Shown one piece after another: positions 27,091 through 45,445 of a DNA stretch of 64,000 nt. The notes below the pieces were generated by a model. That model worked only from the letters and a program-made list of their open reading frames with translations, did no database searches and was not told the DNA's origin. Location of the stretch: NCBI RefSeq assembly GCF_009914755.1, contig NC_060926.1; one strand, written 5' to 3'. The DNA comes from the human T2T-CHM13v2.0 reference genome, Homo sapiens. Position 1 is the first letter of the stretch. Each line of letters starts with the position of its first letter. Position numbers and translations under genes: made by a program.

Positions 27091-28490
27091 GACTCATATC
27101 TGGAGCTATCAACTAGAATGAGTAAATACATGCAAATGAGGTTGGAAAAAATGTCTGTGTGCCTATAATGCTCAGTTCTAAGGCAAAATTTTGATAACAT
27201 TTTCTAGTCCATGTTTATAGAAACTAAAAGCTGTAGTTTTCATTACAGCATTCATTATTGAAGACATTTTATTTGTTTCTAAGCCAACCCTTTCAGTGAT
27301 CTTAATGAGTCCAGCAACCAAGTAGGCAGAGCAGTAAAACCTCCTACTTTGGTGACGATACTTAACAGTCATTTCTAACCAGGAGCAGCAGCAATGGCAG
27401 ATGAATGTCATTCTCTGCTCTCTGGGGTGCAGCTCTTCAGAACAGGAACAAGTTACATAATCAGGAGGGATTTCCATTTGAAACAGTCTGGGGTGGTTAA
27501 TCTGGGAAATGCTATTCCTGTTTTCTGGGGATAAATGTTGACATCACAATGAAAAGCGAAAAAAATGTTCTGATAAAAGTGAACTCACTTATTTTGGTAC
27601 AAGCACGCTGGCTCATATATGTAAGTCCCCAGCATTGTCACAAAATAAGTTTATTGAGCTAGAGGTTAAGAAAAAGTGATTTCCAGAATGAACACTCACC
27701 TAGGATATGTCACGTTCATAAGGATGATGTAAATATATATAAAATATGGGAATGACAGTCTGTCTTCAGAAGATTGTAAGCTCTTTGTTGGTGAGGACTA
27801 TACATTATGTTTCTTAGCTTTCTGCCTAGTACCCAACACAGTCCTGGGCTTAGGTAGGTGAGAAAGATGTATGGCTGAAGCAATGGGATCGTGGTCAGAC
27901 TCGTCCATGAGGAAGAATTGTCATGACTCTGCCCTGCTTAAATCTTGGCTATTGCTGCAGAAAGAAGCTTTGACCCTTTGAGATTAGCTCTCAGTTCTTT
28001 AGCCAGATGTGAACCTCTCTGAACCACAGTGATCTTGCTTAAAATGTCTATCCCATTGGGTAGTGGTAACAATACATTTAGATACTTATGAAAAATTATT
28101 TATAAAATCAAAAGCTACATATGGTTATAAGTTGTTAATAAGTCCTCCCGTAATCTGATAATCAGGATTGAACAAAAATGATTTGATTGATAAAAATATA
28201 TCCACTTCCTAACCCCATCATGACTTATGCCTCTGACAACCTCCTCTCTGCTTATGGGTGAGGATTAATTATAGTCAAAGTTTCTCTACTCTCCTGTCCC
28301 TACCTTCCCTCGTTTACTCGATGTTCAAATAGACTACTTATAGCCATATAAGTTATGTATATTTTTAATCAAAACATCACAGAAAAGAAATCCTATTCAA
28401 AGCACTATAGGAGTGACCCAGTGTTAGAAATAAGTGTTCATCATCCAACTTCAGTCACTTCTAACTGTAGCAGCACTTAATGCCAATCAA

Positions 28491-28792
<302 letters not shown>

Positions 28793-29263
28793 GCCAATCA
28801 ATTTTTAACAGAGGAGCTAAAGAACGATGATAACATAGATGAAAAAAGTCTCTGGGTAGTGAATCATCACCTACAGAAGTACTTGTGAAATTTTCATATT
28901 CATGCTGATCACCTTGCTAAAAGGCAGATACTAAATGAGCAGAAATGGGGTTGATTCTGAGTTTCTGCACTTCCCAGGTGACATCAAACACTGCTGGTCT
29001 GTGATCTACACTTTGAGTCACCAGAACTTAGACTATGCTCACTGACTTTTTTTTTTTTTATTATAGCTTAAGGTCTAGGATACATGTTCATGATGTGCAG
29101 GTTTGTTACATATGTATACATGTGCCACGTTGGTGTGCTGCACCCATTAACTCGTCATTTACATTAGGTATATCTCATAATGCTATCCCTCCCCCCTCCC
29201 CCAACCCCAGGACAGGCCCCAGTGTGTGATGTTCCCCTTCTTGTGTCCAAGTGTTCTCATTGT

Positions 29264-33074
<3,811 letters not shown>

Positions 33075-33137
33075 TATGATGTTAGCTGGTTATTTTGCTC
33101 ATTAGTTGATGCAGTTTCTTCCTAGCATCGATGGTCT

Positions 33138-34155
33138 TTACAATTTGGCATGTTTTTGCAGTGGCTGGTACCAGTTGTTCCTTTCCATGTTTAGTGCTTC
33201 CTTCAGGAGCTCTTGTAAGGCAGGCCTGGTGGTGAAAAAATCTCTCATCATTTGCTTGTCTGTAAAGGATTTTATTTCTCCCTCACTTATGAGGCTTAGT
33301 TTGGCTGGATATGAAATTCTGGGTTGAAAATTGTTTTCTTTAAGAATGCCAAATATTAGCCACCACTCTCTTCTGGCTTGTAGAGTTTCTGCCGAGAGAT
33401 CTGCTGTTAGTCTGATGGGCTTCCCTTGTGGGTAACCCGACCTTCCTCTCTGGCTGCCCTTCACAATTTTTCCTTCATTTCAACTTTGGTGAATCTGACA
33501 ATTATGTACCTTGGAGTTGCACTTCTCAAGGAGTATCTTTGTGGCGTTCTCTGTATTTCCTGAATTTGAATGTTGGGCTGCCTTTCTAGGTTGGGGAAGT
33601 TCTCCTGGATAATATCCTGCAGAGTGTTTGCCAATTTGGTTCCATTCTCCCCGTCACTTTCAGGTACACCAATCAGACATAGATTTGGTCTTTTCACATA
33701 GACCCATATTTCCTGGAGGCTTTGTTCATTTCTTTTTACTCTTTTTTCTCTAAACTTCTCTTCTTGCTTCATTTCATTCATTCGATCTTCAATCACTGAT
33801 ACCCTTTTTTCCACTTGATCGAATTGGCTACTGAAGTTTGTGCATTTGTCACATAGTTCTGGTGCGATGGTTTTCAGCTCCATCAGGTCATTTAAGGTCA
33901 TTCTCTACACTGTTTGTTCTAGTCAGCCATTTGTCTAATCTTTTTTCAAGGTTTTTAGCTTCTTTGCAATGGGTTTGAACTTCCTCCTTTAGCTTGGAGA
34001 AGTTTGAACGTCTGAAGCCTTCTTCTCTCAACTTGTCAAAGTCATTCTCCGTCTAGCTTTGTTCCATTGCTGGCGAGGAGCTGCATTCCTTTGGAGGGGG
34101 AGAGGCACTCTGATTTTTAGAATTTTCAGTTTTTCTGCTCTGTTTTTTTCTCCAT
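33138..34155 (-). pseudogene. L1 ORF1 (RNA-binding chaperone), disrupted
   Basis: Fragments KRNEQSLQEIWVYVKRPNL..QENFPNL (33901-33461) and IRLTADLSAETLQARREW..LQKHAKL (33464-33138) are in different frames. ATG at 34155. Confidence 0.93.
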
Positions 34156-35147
34156 CTTTGTGGTTTTATCTACCTTTGGTCTTTGATGATGGTGATGTAC
34201 CAGTGGGGTTTTGGTGTGGATGTCCTTTCTGTTTGTTAGTTTTCCTTCTAAAAGTCAGGACCCTCAGCTGCAGGTCTCTTGGAGTTTGCTGGAGGTCCAC
34301 TCCAGACCCTGTTTGCTTGGGTATCAGCAGCAGAGGCTGCAGAACAGCGAGTATTGCTGAACAGCAAATGTTGCTGCCTGATTCTTCCTTTGGAAGCTTT
34401 GTCTCAGAGGGGTACCCGGATGTGTAAGGTGTCAGTCTGCCCCTGCTGGGGGGTGCCTCCCAGTTAGGCTACTCGGGGGTCAGGGACCCACTTGAGGAGG
34501 CAGTCTGTCCGTTCTCAGATCTCAAACTCCGTGCTGGGAGAACCAGTACTCTCTTCAAAGGTGTCAGCCAGGGAAATTTAAGTCTGCAGAGGTTTCTGCT
34601 GCCTTTTGTTCAGCTATGCCCCGCCCCCAGAGGTGAAGTCTACAGAGGCAGGCAGGCCTCCTTGAGCTGCGGTGGGCTCCACCCAGTTTGAGCTTCCTGT
34701 CTGCTTTGTTTACCTACTCAAGCCTCAGCAATGGTGGGCGCCCCTCCCCCAGCCTTGCTGCCACCTTGCAGTTCTATCTCAGACTGCTGTGCTAGCAATG
34801 AGTGAGGCTCCATGGGCATGGGACACTCCCAGCCAGGTGCAGGGTATAATCTGCTGGTGTGCCGTTTGCTAAGACCGTTGGAAAAGCTCAGTATTAGGGT
34901 GGGAGTGACCCAATTTTCTAGGTGCCGTCTGTCACTGCTTTCCTTGGCTACAAAAGGGAATTCCCTGACCCCATGTGCTTCCTCACCCTGCTTCAGCTCA
35001 CATTTGCTGGGCTGCACCCACTGTCTGACAAGCCCCAGTGAGATAAACCCGGTACCTCAGTTGGAAATGCAGAAATCACCCGTCTTCTGCGTCGCTCACA
35101 CTGGGAGCTGTAGACTGGAGCTGTTCCTATTCATCCATCTTGGACTC
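34156..35147 (-). promoter_or_regulatory. L1 5'UTR with internal sense promoter and antisense promoter region, including ORF0 remnant
   Basis: GC-rich L1 5'UTR; YY1-type motif ccatcttgg at the 5' end; antisense ORF0 ATG at 34731. Confidence 0.8.
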
Positions 35148-38100
35148 TGATCACTAACATTTTTAAGTACAAGAACATACTTAAATTTTTAATTATTGAC
35201 TTTATTCTGATTATAAATTTTAAAAATATGTGGAAGTAAAAAATCCTATTCTTACCACCCAAAGACAACCACAACTAAGTTGGGGTATATAATATATACA
35301 TAAGTACCAAATCAAAATTGGGGTTCCTGTATCTACATTGTTTTAAAGTTGCCTTTCCACTAACTTTAAAATTACTGAAGAAATACATATTAATTTTAGA
35401 ACATTCATAAAATAAAAATAAGGAAACAGAAGATAAAAACCACTTGTAGTCTTATCACTTAAACACAAAATACAAACAACATTAACATGTTAATCTATTC
35501 TCTCCCATATCCCTACACATCAACTCCAACTCCATGGCCACTGTGTATGTGTACCAACATCATGATGACATCATGATGATAAGATTGACGGAAAGGCACA
35601 GATTCAGTCAGGTAAAGTTGCTTGAAATAAAGGCTATAAAAATGTTAGTTTACAATTATGGAAATGTATGCTGTCTCTCTCTATATATATAATTGCAAAT
35701 GGACAAAAAATGGACAAAGTAAAAATCAATTACATGTATAATATTCAGGAATTAAAATGATATCCCAAACTTAGAAAAAAAGTTAGATTGTTAATAGCAG
35801 ATAATGGAGGCATGAAGGATTTTTGCAAAGTCCTCAATGTGCCCCATGGATGTAGAGCCATGACTGATGCCAGACAAAGAATGAGGACCCCTCCAGGCAT
35901 GGTTAGTCAATAGTACTGACTGTATATAATCATTGCATATTAAGGCCGTATACTTTATAGCTTCTCTTTTGAAAACAGTCTGGCATTTTATTACTAACAT
36001 AATTTTTCACCAAAAAATACTCTCTTATGAGATAATTTTTAAATGTTACCCTGAATTTCATTCTATACTTTCAACAAAACTTACCATTTTCCTATTTCTA
36101 GACCTTTTAATTATTTCTATTTTCCAAATTTATAAATAATGCTGTGATATACATTCCTATATTTATTATAATAAATCCTTGTCTAATATTCTTAATCTGG
36201 AGAACCTTTCAAAGGGTGTGTATTTTATATGTAATACAGCCTTATAGTTTAAAAAAAGTCACAAAACAACCTTCTTCTGAAACCATTACCAAGATATAGC
36301 TATTGTTAATATTTTATAAGTATCTTTATAAATATTTGTATGTGAATGTATATATCCATATATAAATTTATAGTAGGGTTTAGGGGGGATTTTCTGCAAG
36401 AAGAACTATACTTACTATACTTTGATTTGTTATTTATTTACCTGAATCATTTTAATGAGTTCATAGTAGCATGGGATTACATGAGTTTTCATAGATAATC
36501 ATTATTTTCCAATAGCCCACTGAAAAACATTTGTTTTTGCCCTTCTCCTGCAAGTAAAATTGCTAGGCCAGAGGGTGTATTCATTTTCCTTTTTATTTTG
36601 ACAGATAATAGTCTGCAAAAAGGTTTTACTGATTTATACCTCCTTTCTACAATGGTAAAGAGGTTCCATATCCCCACACCCTTGTCTACAATGGGTAGTG
36701 TGTTTCTTTATAATATAAAATTTTAAATATTTAGCAGTTTCAGTTTCTTAGAGCTTTAAATTTTCATTAGAGCTCAACTCTAGCCAAAATTTCATGAGCA
36801 ACAATAAGCAGTGTTTTATTTATTTTCTAGCTATGTCTCTTTTTTTTTTTTTTTTTTTGCTTTTTCTTTGATGTAATAGTCACTTACAAGTATGTTCCTA
36901 CGTGTTCATGTGTCAAATAACATTCGGGAGGATGGACTGTAACCCCAAAACGGTGGGATAGGAATTTGTGATGATTCTTGAAATCCTCTGTCTCCCTATT
37001 CCGAATAAATTATCTAAAAATTTTTTGTATGCTTGCTTTGTCTTAGACTAAATAAGTAAAAACTTTCAATTTTGTGGTATTTCTATGTATCTTTGTGGTT
37101 TCTGAAGTTTTGCCTTAAAAATAGCTGAAGCTATATTATCTAATATATATTAACATGATAATTTACATAAAACTATGTTACAGATTATACTCTTTATGAT
37201 TTTATTGTTATACTTTTTGGCATCATTTAACTTTTTTGCTTTTTCTCTTAATGCAACCTGGCTTAATGTTAATGTAGGCTGTCAGTGTTGTGTTTTGTGT
37301 GTTTGTTTTGGTGTTGGTTAGTATTTGCCAGGCATGTCTTTGCCATATTTTTACTTTCAAATTTTGCTTAATGATTCTCTATAATAATGTTAAATATTAG
37401 TTTTTATCAATTTAAGAATCATTTTATTTTACCAGAAGAGTTTTTGTTTTGTTTTGTTTCTGTTTTTTTTTTTTTTTTTTTTAACATCCTAAGCCTCAGA
37501 TGGTGCTATAGGTAGTTCCCCTGGATTCATCCATTTTTTGCTCTGGATTTTGTTAAAATAGCATACTACAGTTTACCATATCTAGTGACACTGAAGTTTC
37601 TCCTGAGATGGAAGCATTCACTAGTTTTCAGGCTATTTTTCCAAATCAGGGTAAATTAATGGTTACATGGTAGAGTGAATGCTTCTGAGATGTTTTCCTG
37701 ACTTCAGACCTTATATATTTTCCAAAGAACTGTAGTTATAGATCAATGCCAAGATAATGAATCAGGTCATAATTTTATGGAAAAATAAATAAGAACAACT
37801 TACTGAAAAGGATATCCTGTGAACTCTTTGGGTTGATTGTTAATATCTTCTGGCCTGCCAGAAAGGTCAGTATGGGTTTCCCCTTTATCCTTTCCCAGAA
37901 GTTCATGGTAATTGTGAAAATTAGCGACAGGTATGGCAATAAGACATTCTCTTGCTAATTCTAATTATTTTAAATGGAGGTGAAACAGCCACATCTTTGC
38001 AGTTTTCCAATTGAATCAATGTCAATCAATAAGCTAGAGGCCAAGAGGGTAAATTTTCTTGACTGCTAATAGCTGAATAACCCTCTATTTCCTCATATGA

Positions 38101-38539
38101 AATGATTATCTTTGATCCTTCTTACTGCCAAGTTGCTCTAAATTGGAAATAGAGATGTGAGCTGATGGATAAAAATGTTGATGTAAAAATCAAATTCTCA
38201 CAAATCACAAAAAACAGACCTGCACACCCCCACATCCACACTTACATACTGAATCCTGTATGAAGGTCAGTTAGAGCCTTTCTATATCACCAGAAGTTTA
38301 TATGCAACATTTGAGTTCCTGTGAGCACCAGAGGAATACATTTGGGTAGAACAAGAAAATCCTTGAACTAGGACTTTGATGACCCAAGTTCTAATTGCAT
38401 TTTTTCCATTAGTACATCACTATTAAAATATCACTTAAACATTATCAGAAAAAATGTGAATGACAGGTCTATGAGGTTCATAAAGTTGTTAATACCATAT
38501 AGAAAAATTTGAGGAATTTTTCCAGAGAACACAGACAGC

Positions 38540-39305
<766 letters not shown>

Positions 39306-39392
39306 GAAAGGAGCCAATACAAGAAAGCTAATAAGCAGGTTACTACTGTGAGCATCAATTCTGCTGAGATCTTTTGGGAAATAGTGCTGAAC

Positions 39393-39765
39393 TGATATGG
39401 TTTGGCTATGCCCGCACCCAAATCTCATCTTGAACATCTTGAATTATAGTCCCCATAATCCCCACGTGTCATGGGAGGGACCTTATGGGAAGTTATTAGA
39501 TTATAGGGGTGGTTCCCCCATGCTGTTCTTGTGATAGTGAGAGAGTTCTCATGAGATCTGATGGTTTTATCAGGAACTTTTCCCCCTTCTCTCTGAACTT
39601 CTGTCTCCCACTGCCATGTGAAGAAGGACATGTTTGCTTCCCCTTCTGCCATAATTGTAAGGCCTCTCCAGCCATGCAGAACTGTGAGTCAATTAAACCT
39701 CTTTCCTTTATAAATTACCCAGTCTCTGGCAGTTCTTTACAGCAGCATAAGAACGAACTAATACA
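39393..39765 (+). mobile_element. THE1 (C/D-like) MaLR solo LTR
   Basis: tgatatggtttggct..cacccaaatctcatcttgaa ... aactgtgagtcaattaaacctctttcctttataaattacccagtct ... actaataca, with TG..CA ends. Confidence 0.92.
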
Positions 39766-39815
39766 CAAACATATCTCAGAATTGTCCCATTCCAGAAGCA
39801 AGAGAATTAGAGTAT

Positions 39816-40214
39816 TGTATCAGTCTGAGATCTCAAGAGAAACAGAAAAGTGTGTGTGCTTGTGTGTGTGTGTTTGCACACACGCACACACACTCACACA
39901 GAGATGAATTTATTAAGAAACTGGCTCATGTAATTGTGGAGACTGGCAACTACACAATCTGCAGGACAAGCGGAAAGGCTGGAAACTTAGGCAGAAGTTG
40001 GTACTGCGGTTTCGAGGTAGAATTTATTCTCTGAGAAATTCCATCTTTTGCTCTTATGGCCTTCAACTGATGGAATGAGGCCCACCATATTATTGAAGGT
40101 ATTACTTTTTACTTAAAGTTAACTACATCTGCAAAATACCTTAACAGCAACACCTAGATTAGTGTTTGATTAAGTAGCTGGCACTGTAGCCTAGCCAAGC
40201 TAATACCTAAAATT
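39816..40214 (-). mobile_element. MLT2D-like ERVL LTR
   Basis: tgtatcagtctgag..; gccttcaactgatggaatgaggcccacca..; cagcaacacctagattagtgtttgattaa..ctgtagcctagccaag. Confidence 0.8.
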
Positions 40215-40660
40215 TAGTTTCCTAGAGCTGCCATACTAAATTATGACAAACTAGGTGGCTTTAAACAAGAGAGATTTATTCTCTCACAGTTCTGGAGCCT
40301 AAAAGTCTGAAACCAAGGTGTTGGCAGGGCCACATTCTCTCCAAAGTCTCTAGAGGAGGATTCTTCCTTGCTGCTCCCAGCTTCTGGTAGCCCCAGGCAT
40401 AGCATCATGCTACCGCATAACTCAAATCTCTATCTCTGTCTTCACATGGCTGGCTTCTCCCATGTCTGTCCATATACAAAATTTCCTCTTTTTATAAAAA
40501 CATGAGTTATGTTGGATTAAAATCTATCCTAATATAGTATGGCTTTATTGTAAAATGATTACATCTATAAAGTCTCTATTTCCAATAAAGTCACATTAAT
40601 GGGGACCAGGGGTCAGGACTTCAGCATATCTTTTTGAGGGATGCAATTCAACTCATAACA
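40215..40660 (-). mobile_element. MLT1C-like MaLR LTR
   Basis: ttagtttcctagagctgccat..tttattctctcacagttctggag..; ends gcaattcaactcataaca. Confidence 0.85.
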
Positions 40661-41500
40661 CTGACTTTTATAGGTATTTGTACACCATCTGTTTCTGCAT
40701 TGGTTGAGGGTTACTCCTAAGACTATTAACACTCCAGCAATTCAGTCTGCTTGGTGAGTGGGCCAAGAACACCGAGGCCAGAAAAAAAATAAAAATAAAA
40801 CCCTCAGGCAGAGTTTGCTATGAAAAGCCCTTAGCATATATAAGATCAGGGAGTACTGAAGGAATATGGTGATGTGGGTGAGGTGTGGACACTGTTCCCT
40901 GCACATGGAAAATACCAACCAGGAGGCCTCAAAAGATGATATTTACCTAAGAATTCACACCGTGTCTATAGTGAATTCATCATTCTCATAGATCCTAAAG
41001 CAGGGTATCAGGTGCCTTACATAAATACTTCTGAAACCTAAATATCTAGGGAGTAGAAAATCTACTATTTTATAACTATTTTTTGAAGTAATAGCAGAAT
41101 TCAACCTTCTTTAAAATTATTTTTTAATTTTTGGTGAATACTTTATCACCTCTTTGGCTATGCAAAGGTTAAACCAAATGCCATACCATAATGGTGACAT
41201 ATGAGACAAACTTTCTTATTGTGATCAGAATTGTACCTCAGAAGAGCTTGTTTTGATTTTGCCTGTAAACCAGACCTTACACTAGCTGTAGAGAAAGAGT
41301 GTTTTGATTCTATCATTGGATGATGCAAGAAAATTGACTGTGAGGTACAGACTATAGGTAAGAAGGTTCTAGTGTCCCTGTTATAGAATTTATATGTTTA
41401 TAGATGCCCAGGTCCCTGCATTTTCACAGCAAGTGAGGGCTCATAATGTTACAGGTCCTATGGTGGGGCCTACTCTGAAGATTGAGGGAACCACAATACC

Positions 41501-41937
41501 TATATTAGTTTGCCAGGCCTGCTGTAACCAAGTACCACAAATTGAGTGGCTTAGACAAGAGAACTTATTGTCATACAGTTCTGGAGGCCAGAAATCCAAG
41601 ATCAACGTATCAGCAGGGTATGCCCCCTATTAAGGCACTAGAAAAAGGTATGTTCCAGAACTCTCTCCTAACTTTTAATAATTCACCTTGGTTGTGGCTG
41701 CCTAACTCCAGTCTTCACATGGCATTCTCCTGGTGCATGTGTCTCTGTGTTCAAATTTCCCATTTTTTGTAAGGAAAACAGTCATATTGGATTAGGAGTC
41801 CACCCTACTCCAGTATGATTTCATCTGAATTAATTACACCTGCAACAATCCGATTTTCAAATACGGTCACATTCTGAGGTCCTGGGAGTTAGGATTTCAA
41901 CATATGAATTGGGAGACACACTGTTCAACCCATTACA
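41501..41937 (-). mobile_element. MLT1B/C-like MaLR solo LTR with 5-bp TSD
   Basis: tatattagtttgccaggcctgctgtaac..cagttctggaggccagaaatccaagatcaa..ttcaacccattaca. Perfect TSD atacc at 41496-41500 and 41938-41942. Confidence 0.9.
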
Positions 41938-44239
41938 ATACCTTTGTCCAATTTTAAAAATTTTTCTTCTTTTTCTTTTTTTTTTTTTTTTTTTTGGTCA
42001 TTATTCTTTTCTATAACTCCATATCTTTGGTGAAATAAACTGGGTTTGTTCTCAAGCCTGTGCCAGACCTGTGGTGATGCTATACAGGAAAACCTCCAGA
42101 GAAACTTGGTAATGCTGATTAGGAAGCAGAAAAAAAAAGCAATTGGAAAAAAAACAATCTGCTGCTGGTAGGGAAGAAAGAAGATGGTTGACAGAGATGC
42201 TAAAACCAGCACAGGTTTTCAGGATCTGTAAACACTCCTAAAAAACCCAGAAAGACCCAGAGGGAGAAGAGACAGGATCCCCTACTAATCAAGCGGGATG
42301 GAGACTGGGACATTATGTCCATTTGGAAACTAAGAAATATTTGGGGATATGTGGTTTTAAACCTCATCTTGCCAACACCATCCATCACGTTGGCACAGAC
42401 TCACGTTAATAAAGCTCAATGAAATGGGTATATTTCAACCACAATCTCAACTAGTTATTTAGAATGATAAATACAATTATGAGGTAGATTAGAATACTTG
42501 AAATAGCCATTTGATACATAATTCCCTGAGGCCCATTTCTTGTAGGAAGTCCTTTTTTTACTTCCATTAAAAAAAATACAACCATAGGCAGATTGGACAT
42601 TGATGCCAGTCTTCTTTCCAATGCATTTTCTTCTCATGGGCCGAAGGATGCCTGCTAAGTGCAGGTCAGAATAAGGCAAGTGAGAATTATCTGACTGGAA
42701 CACTCAGGTATGTCGAGCTCTGGAGGCTGCTCTGCCCATCTCCATAGAGGATATACCCTTTGCCACCCTCCCAAACTTAGAATTGGAAAGAGTACAAAAA
42801 TATTTGGTCTTCTCATTTCTAGTTTTCTGGCTGATTTGTATCCTTTGTACACATACATCCTTCTCCAAAAAAAAAAAAGAAAAAAAAAGAACATCAACTC
42901 TTGTGTTTAGATCTCAAGATACTTAGGCGTCTTCATATTCCATTTCTGTACTTCCGAGTTTCCAATGTTCCCAAGCCCTTCGGACACAGAGTCATATGCA
43001 TTTCCCCTGTGAACTTTCCCTGATGACTGACCACAGCCATAATGTGTGGATTTTGCTACTTTATCTATCAGATATCATTATGTTTCTTATCTCCAAGTTC
43101 TGTGGAAGGGAGTCCTCCTTCTGACTTCCAAATTCTAACAAAATACTGGACATTGGAATGCCCCCACTTATCTGGCATATGTCCAGATTTTGTGTAAAAT
43201 ATCTTATGTGATATTATATTATTGTGAAAAATGATCTCGGGATCTAATCAAACCATCTATCTCATTGTATAAATAATTACTTGGAAAAGGTTTGTGTGAG
43301 ATGCTCAAATACATAGAGGTGGTAGATGGCATTGCTGAAGCAGAGCCTGGCCTTTCGGACTCTCATTTTGACATCTCCCTCTGCTCCAGGCTGCCTCTGG
43401 CTACTGGTTCCTCCACATTTCAATTGCTTCTGCCGCATGCGGGAGAGTGCTCACTGATAATGATCTGTCCTTTCCCTTATCCTTTTTCCCTCTCACACAG
43501 GGGAGAATGTTACAGGACCAAATCACTGAAATGTAAAAACATTTGGAGGGTTTAGCTTGTTTTATTTTTATTTTTTCTCATTTCTTGTCAGGGAAAGAAC
43601 ACACCACTTTGTCATCAAGACAAAGTAGATTCTTTAAGAGGATTGTTTTCAACAAGGCTGCTCTGTGGTGAATATTGGCCATGACCTGATAGAAAATGAA
43701 TTGAGCCATTCAAACATGTTAGTAGCCTAATACTGAAAATTTATTTTCCCATTCTAATGAAAGATGATGGCTTCTTCAATCATAAACTTGGTCTAGTTTT
43801 ATTTAAATATTGAAAGTGTCATCAGCATAGGATCTATTGTGCTGGGCTTCTAAAGAGAGAAGCAAACAGTCATTTTCTGAGCTTGATTGGGCCTGATGTG
43901 TTATGATATGTAGGATAATTTATTCTTGCTTTAAGTCCAATTAAGGTGAAACACTTCTCAGACAGCAGAGGTTTTGATGGGCTAACCGAGGCTTATGTGG
44001 ATTACAAAGATGTCCTCTGGAAGGAAAATTTACTTTGAGACAGTCCATTCCACTTTTTGAGATGGAAAAACAATTTTTCTTAGAAATGTAGTGTTACTGA
44101 TAAATACCAGAAGTCAGTTCCTATCTCTGAGTTAATCACAGCAACTACAAGACTGAATGCTCACCCATCTTTTACTGTTCCACAGGCATAAAATGGGAGA
44201 GCAGAATGCAGTTCAGCAGAAAACAGGAGAGTGCAGGTG

Positions 44240-44465
44240 CTGAGGCCACATCAGCTGAGTGAGAATTCCACCTCCTTCCTCTCCTAGCTGTGTGACCTTC
44301 ACAATGTGCTTGGCCTCTCTGTACCTCAGTTTCCTCATCTGGAAAATAGAAATAATGATATATAGTGTCTATTTTCAGAGCTGGAGTGAGAACTGAATAT
44401 GTTAATATATGTAATGTAGGAAGAGTACCTGCTGCTGATAAACTAAATATTAGCTAATATAATAC
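44240..44465 (+). mobile_element. MIR SINE
   Basis: ctagctgtgtgacctt..ctctctgtacctcagtttcctcatctggaaaatagaaataat. Confidence 0.75.
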
Positions 44466-45119
44466 TTGTTATCATATGCCACGTTTTTAGCCAATTATAT
44501 TTAATTTAGAGCACAAAGTCTGATATCTTTGAGGATGTCCAGATGTGATTCATGTATCTATCTTTAATATTATTGAAGTAACATTAAATTGACTTCAGAT
44601 TTTTATCTAAGTCAAATAGTCAAATATTGATTTATATTTGCTTAATAGACAGAAAATAAATCTCAGAGTCAAATAGTTCAGGAGTTAAATCACAGCTCTT
44701 CCATTTTAACATTTCAGTAAACAAATAATTATCTTAATTGTGTCTTACATTCCTAGCTACAGAATGGAACAATAATACTTATCCATAGCTAATATGTATT
44801 GAGCACTACTACATATCAGGCACTGATTTAAGCCCTTTGGATGTCATAATTTATTTAATCTTCAAAAACACTCTGTGAAAGAATAAGTCCATTGCTCAAG
44901 CTGTTACAGTTAATAAATAGCTGAACTGAGATTGAAATCCCAGCAGGATTCCAGATCCCAAACTCTCAATGTATAATGTATTCATTCATTCCACAAATAT
45001 TTATTTTTTGCCTTACATGTGTCTAGGTGGTGAGGATATAGCATTGCATAAAAGGGAGAAAATAAAAAAATGTCTTCTGACAAATTTAACTCACTAAGGT
45101 GACATGTGAGTTAATATAC

Positions 45120-45445
45120 AGTGCAGCATCGTCCATTAGAAATATAATGCAAGCCACAGATCTAAGCCACATATGTAACTTCAAATTTTTAGTGGCCATA
45201 TTCTAAAAAAATAAAAAGAACCAGGTAAAATTAATTTTAATAATATATTTATATAACCCAAAATATTATCACTTCCACAAGAAGCCAATATGAAAAAATA
45301 TTAATGAGGTCATTCTATTTTATAGATATTAAATTTTCAAAACCCAGCGTGTATTTAACACAGCACAGTTTAATTCACACTGGCCACATTTTAAGTGCTC
45401 AACAGCACATGTGGCTAGTGGCTACAGTCTGGCACAGGGCAAACT
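45120..45445. mobile_element. MER33-like hAT-Charlie DNA transposon inside an L2
   Basis: gtccattagaaatataatgcaagccaca ... gccacattttaagtgctcaacagcacatgtggctagtggctac. Confidence 0.8.

Noticed and set aside
35557-35578. Tandem acatcatgatg x2, each containing the palindrome catcatgatg; similar 14-bp direct repeat near 16839-16879
   Set aside because: Ordinary slippage micro-duplications.
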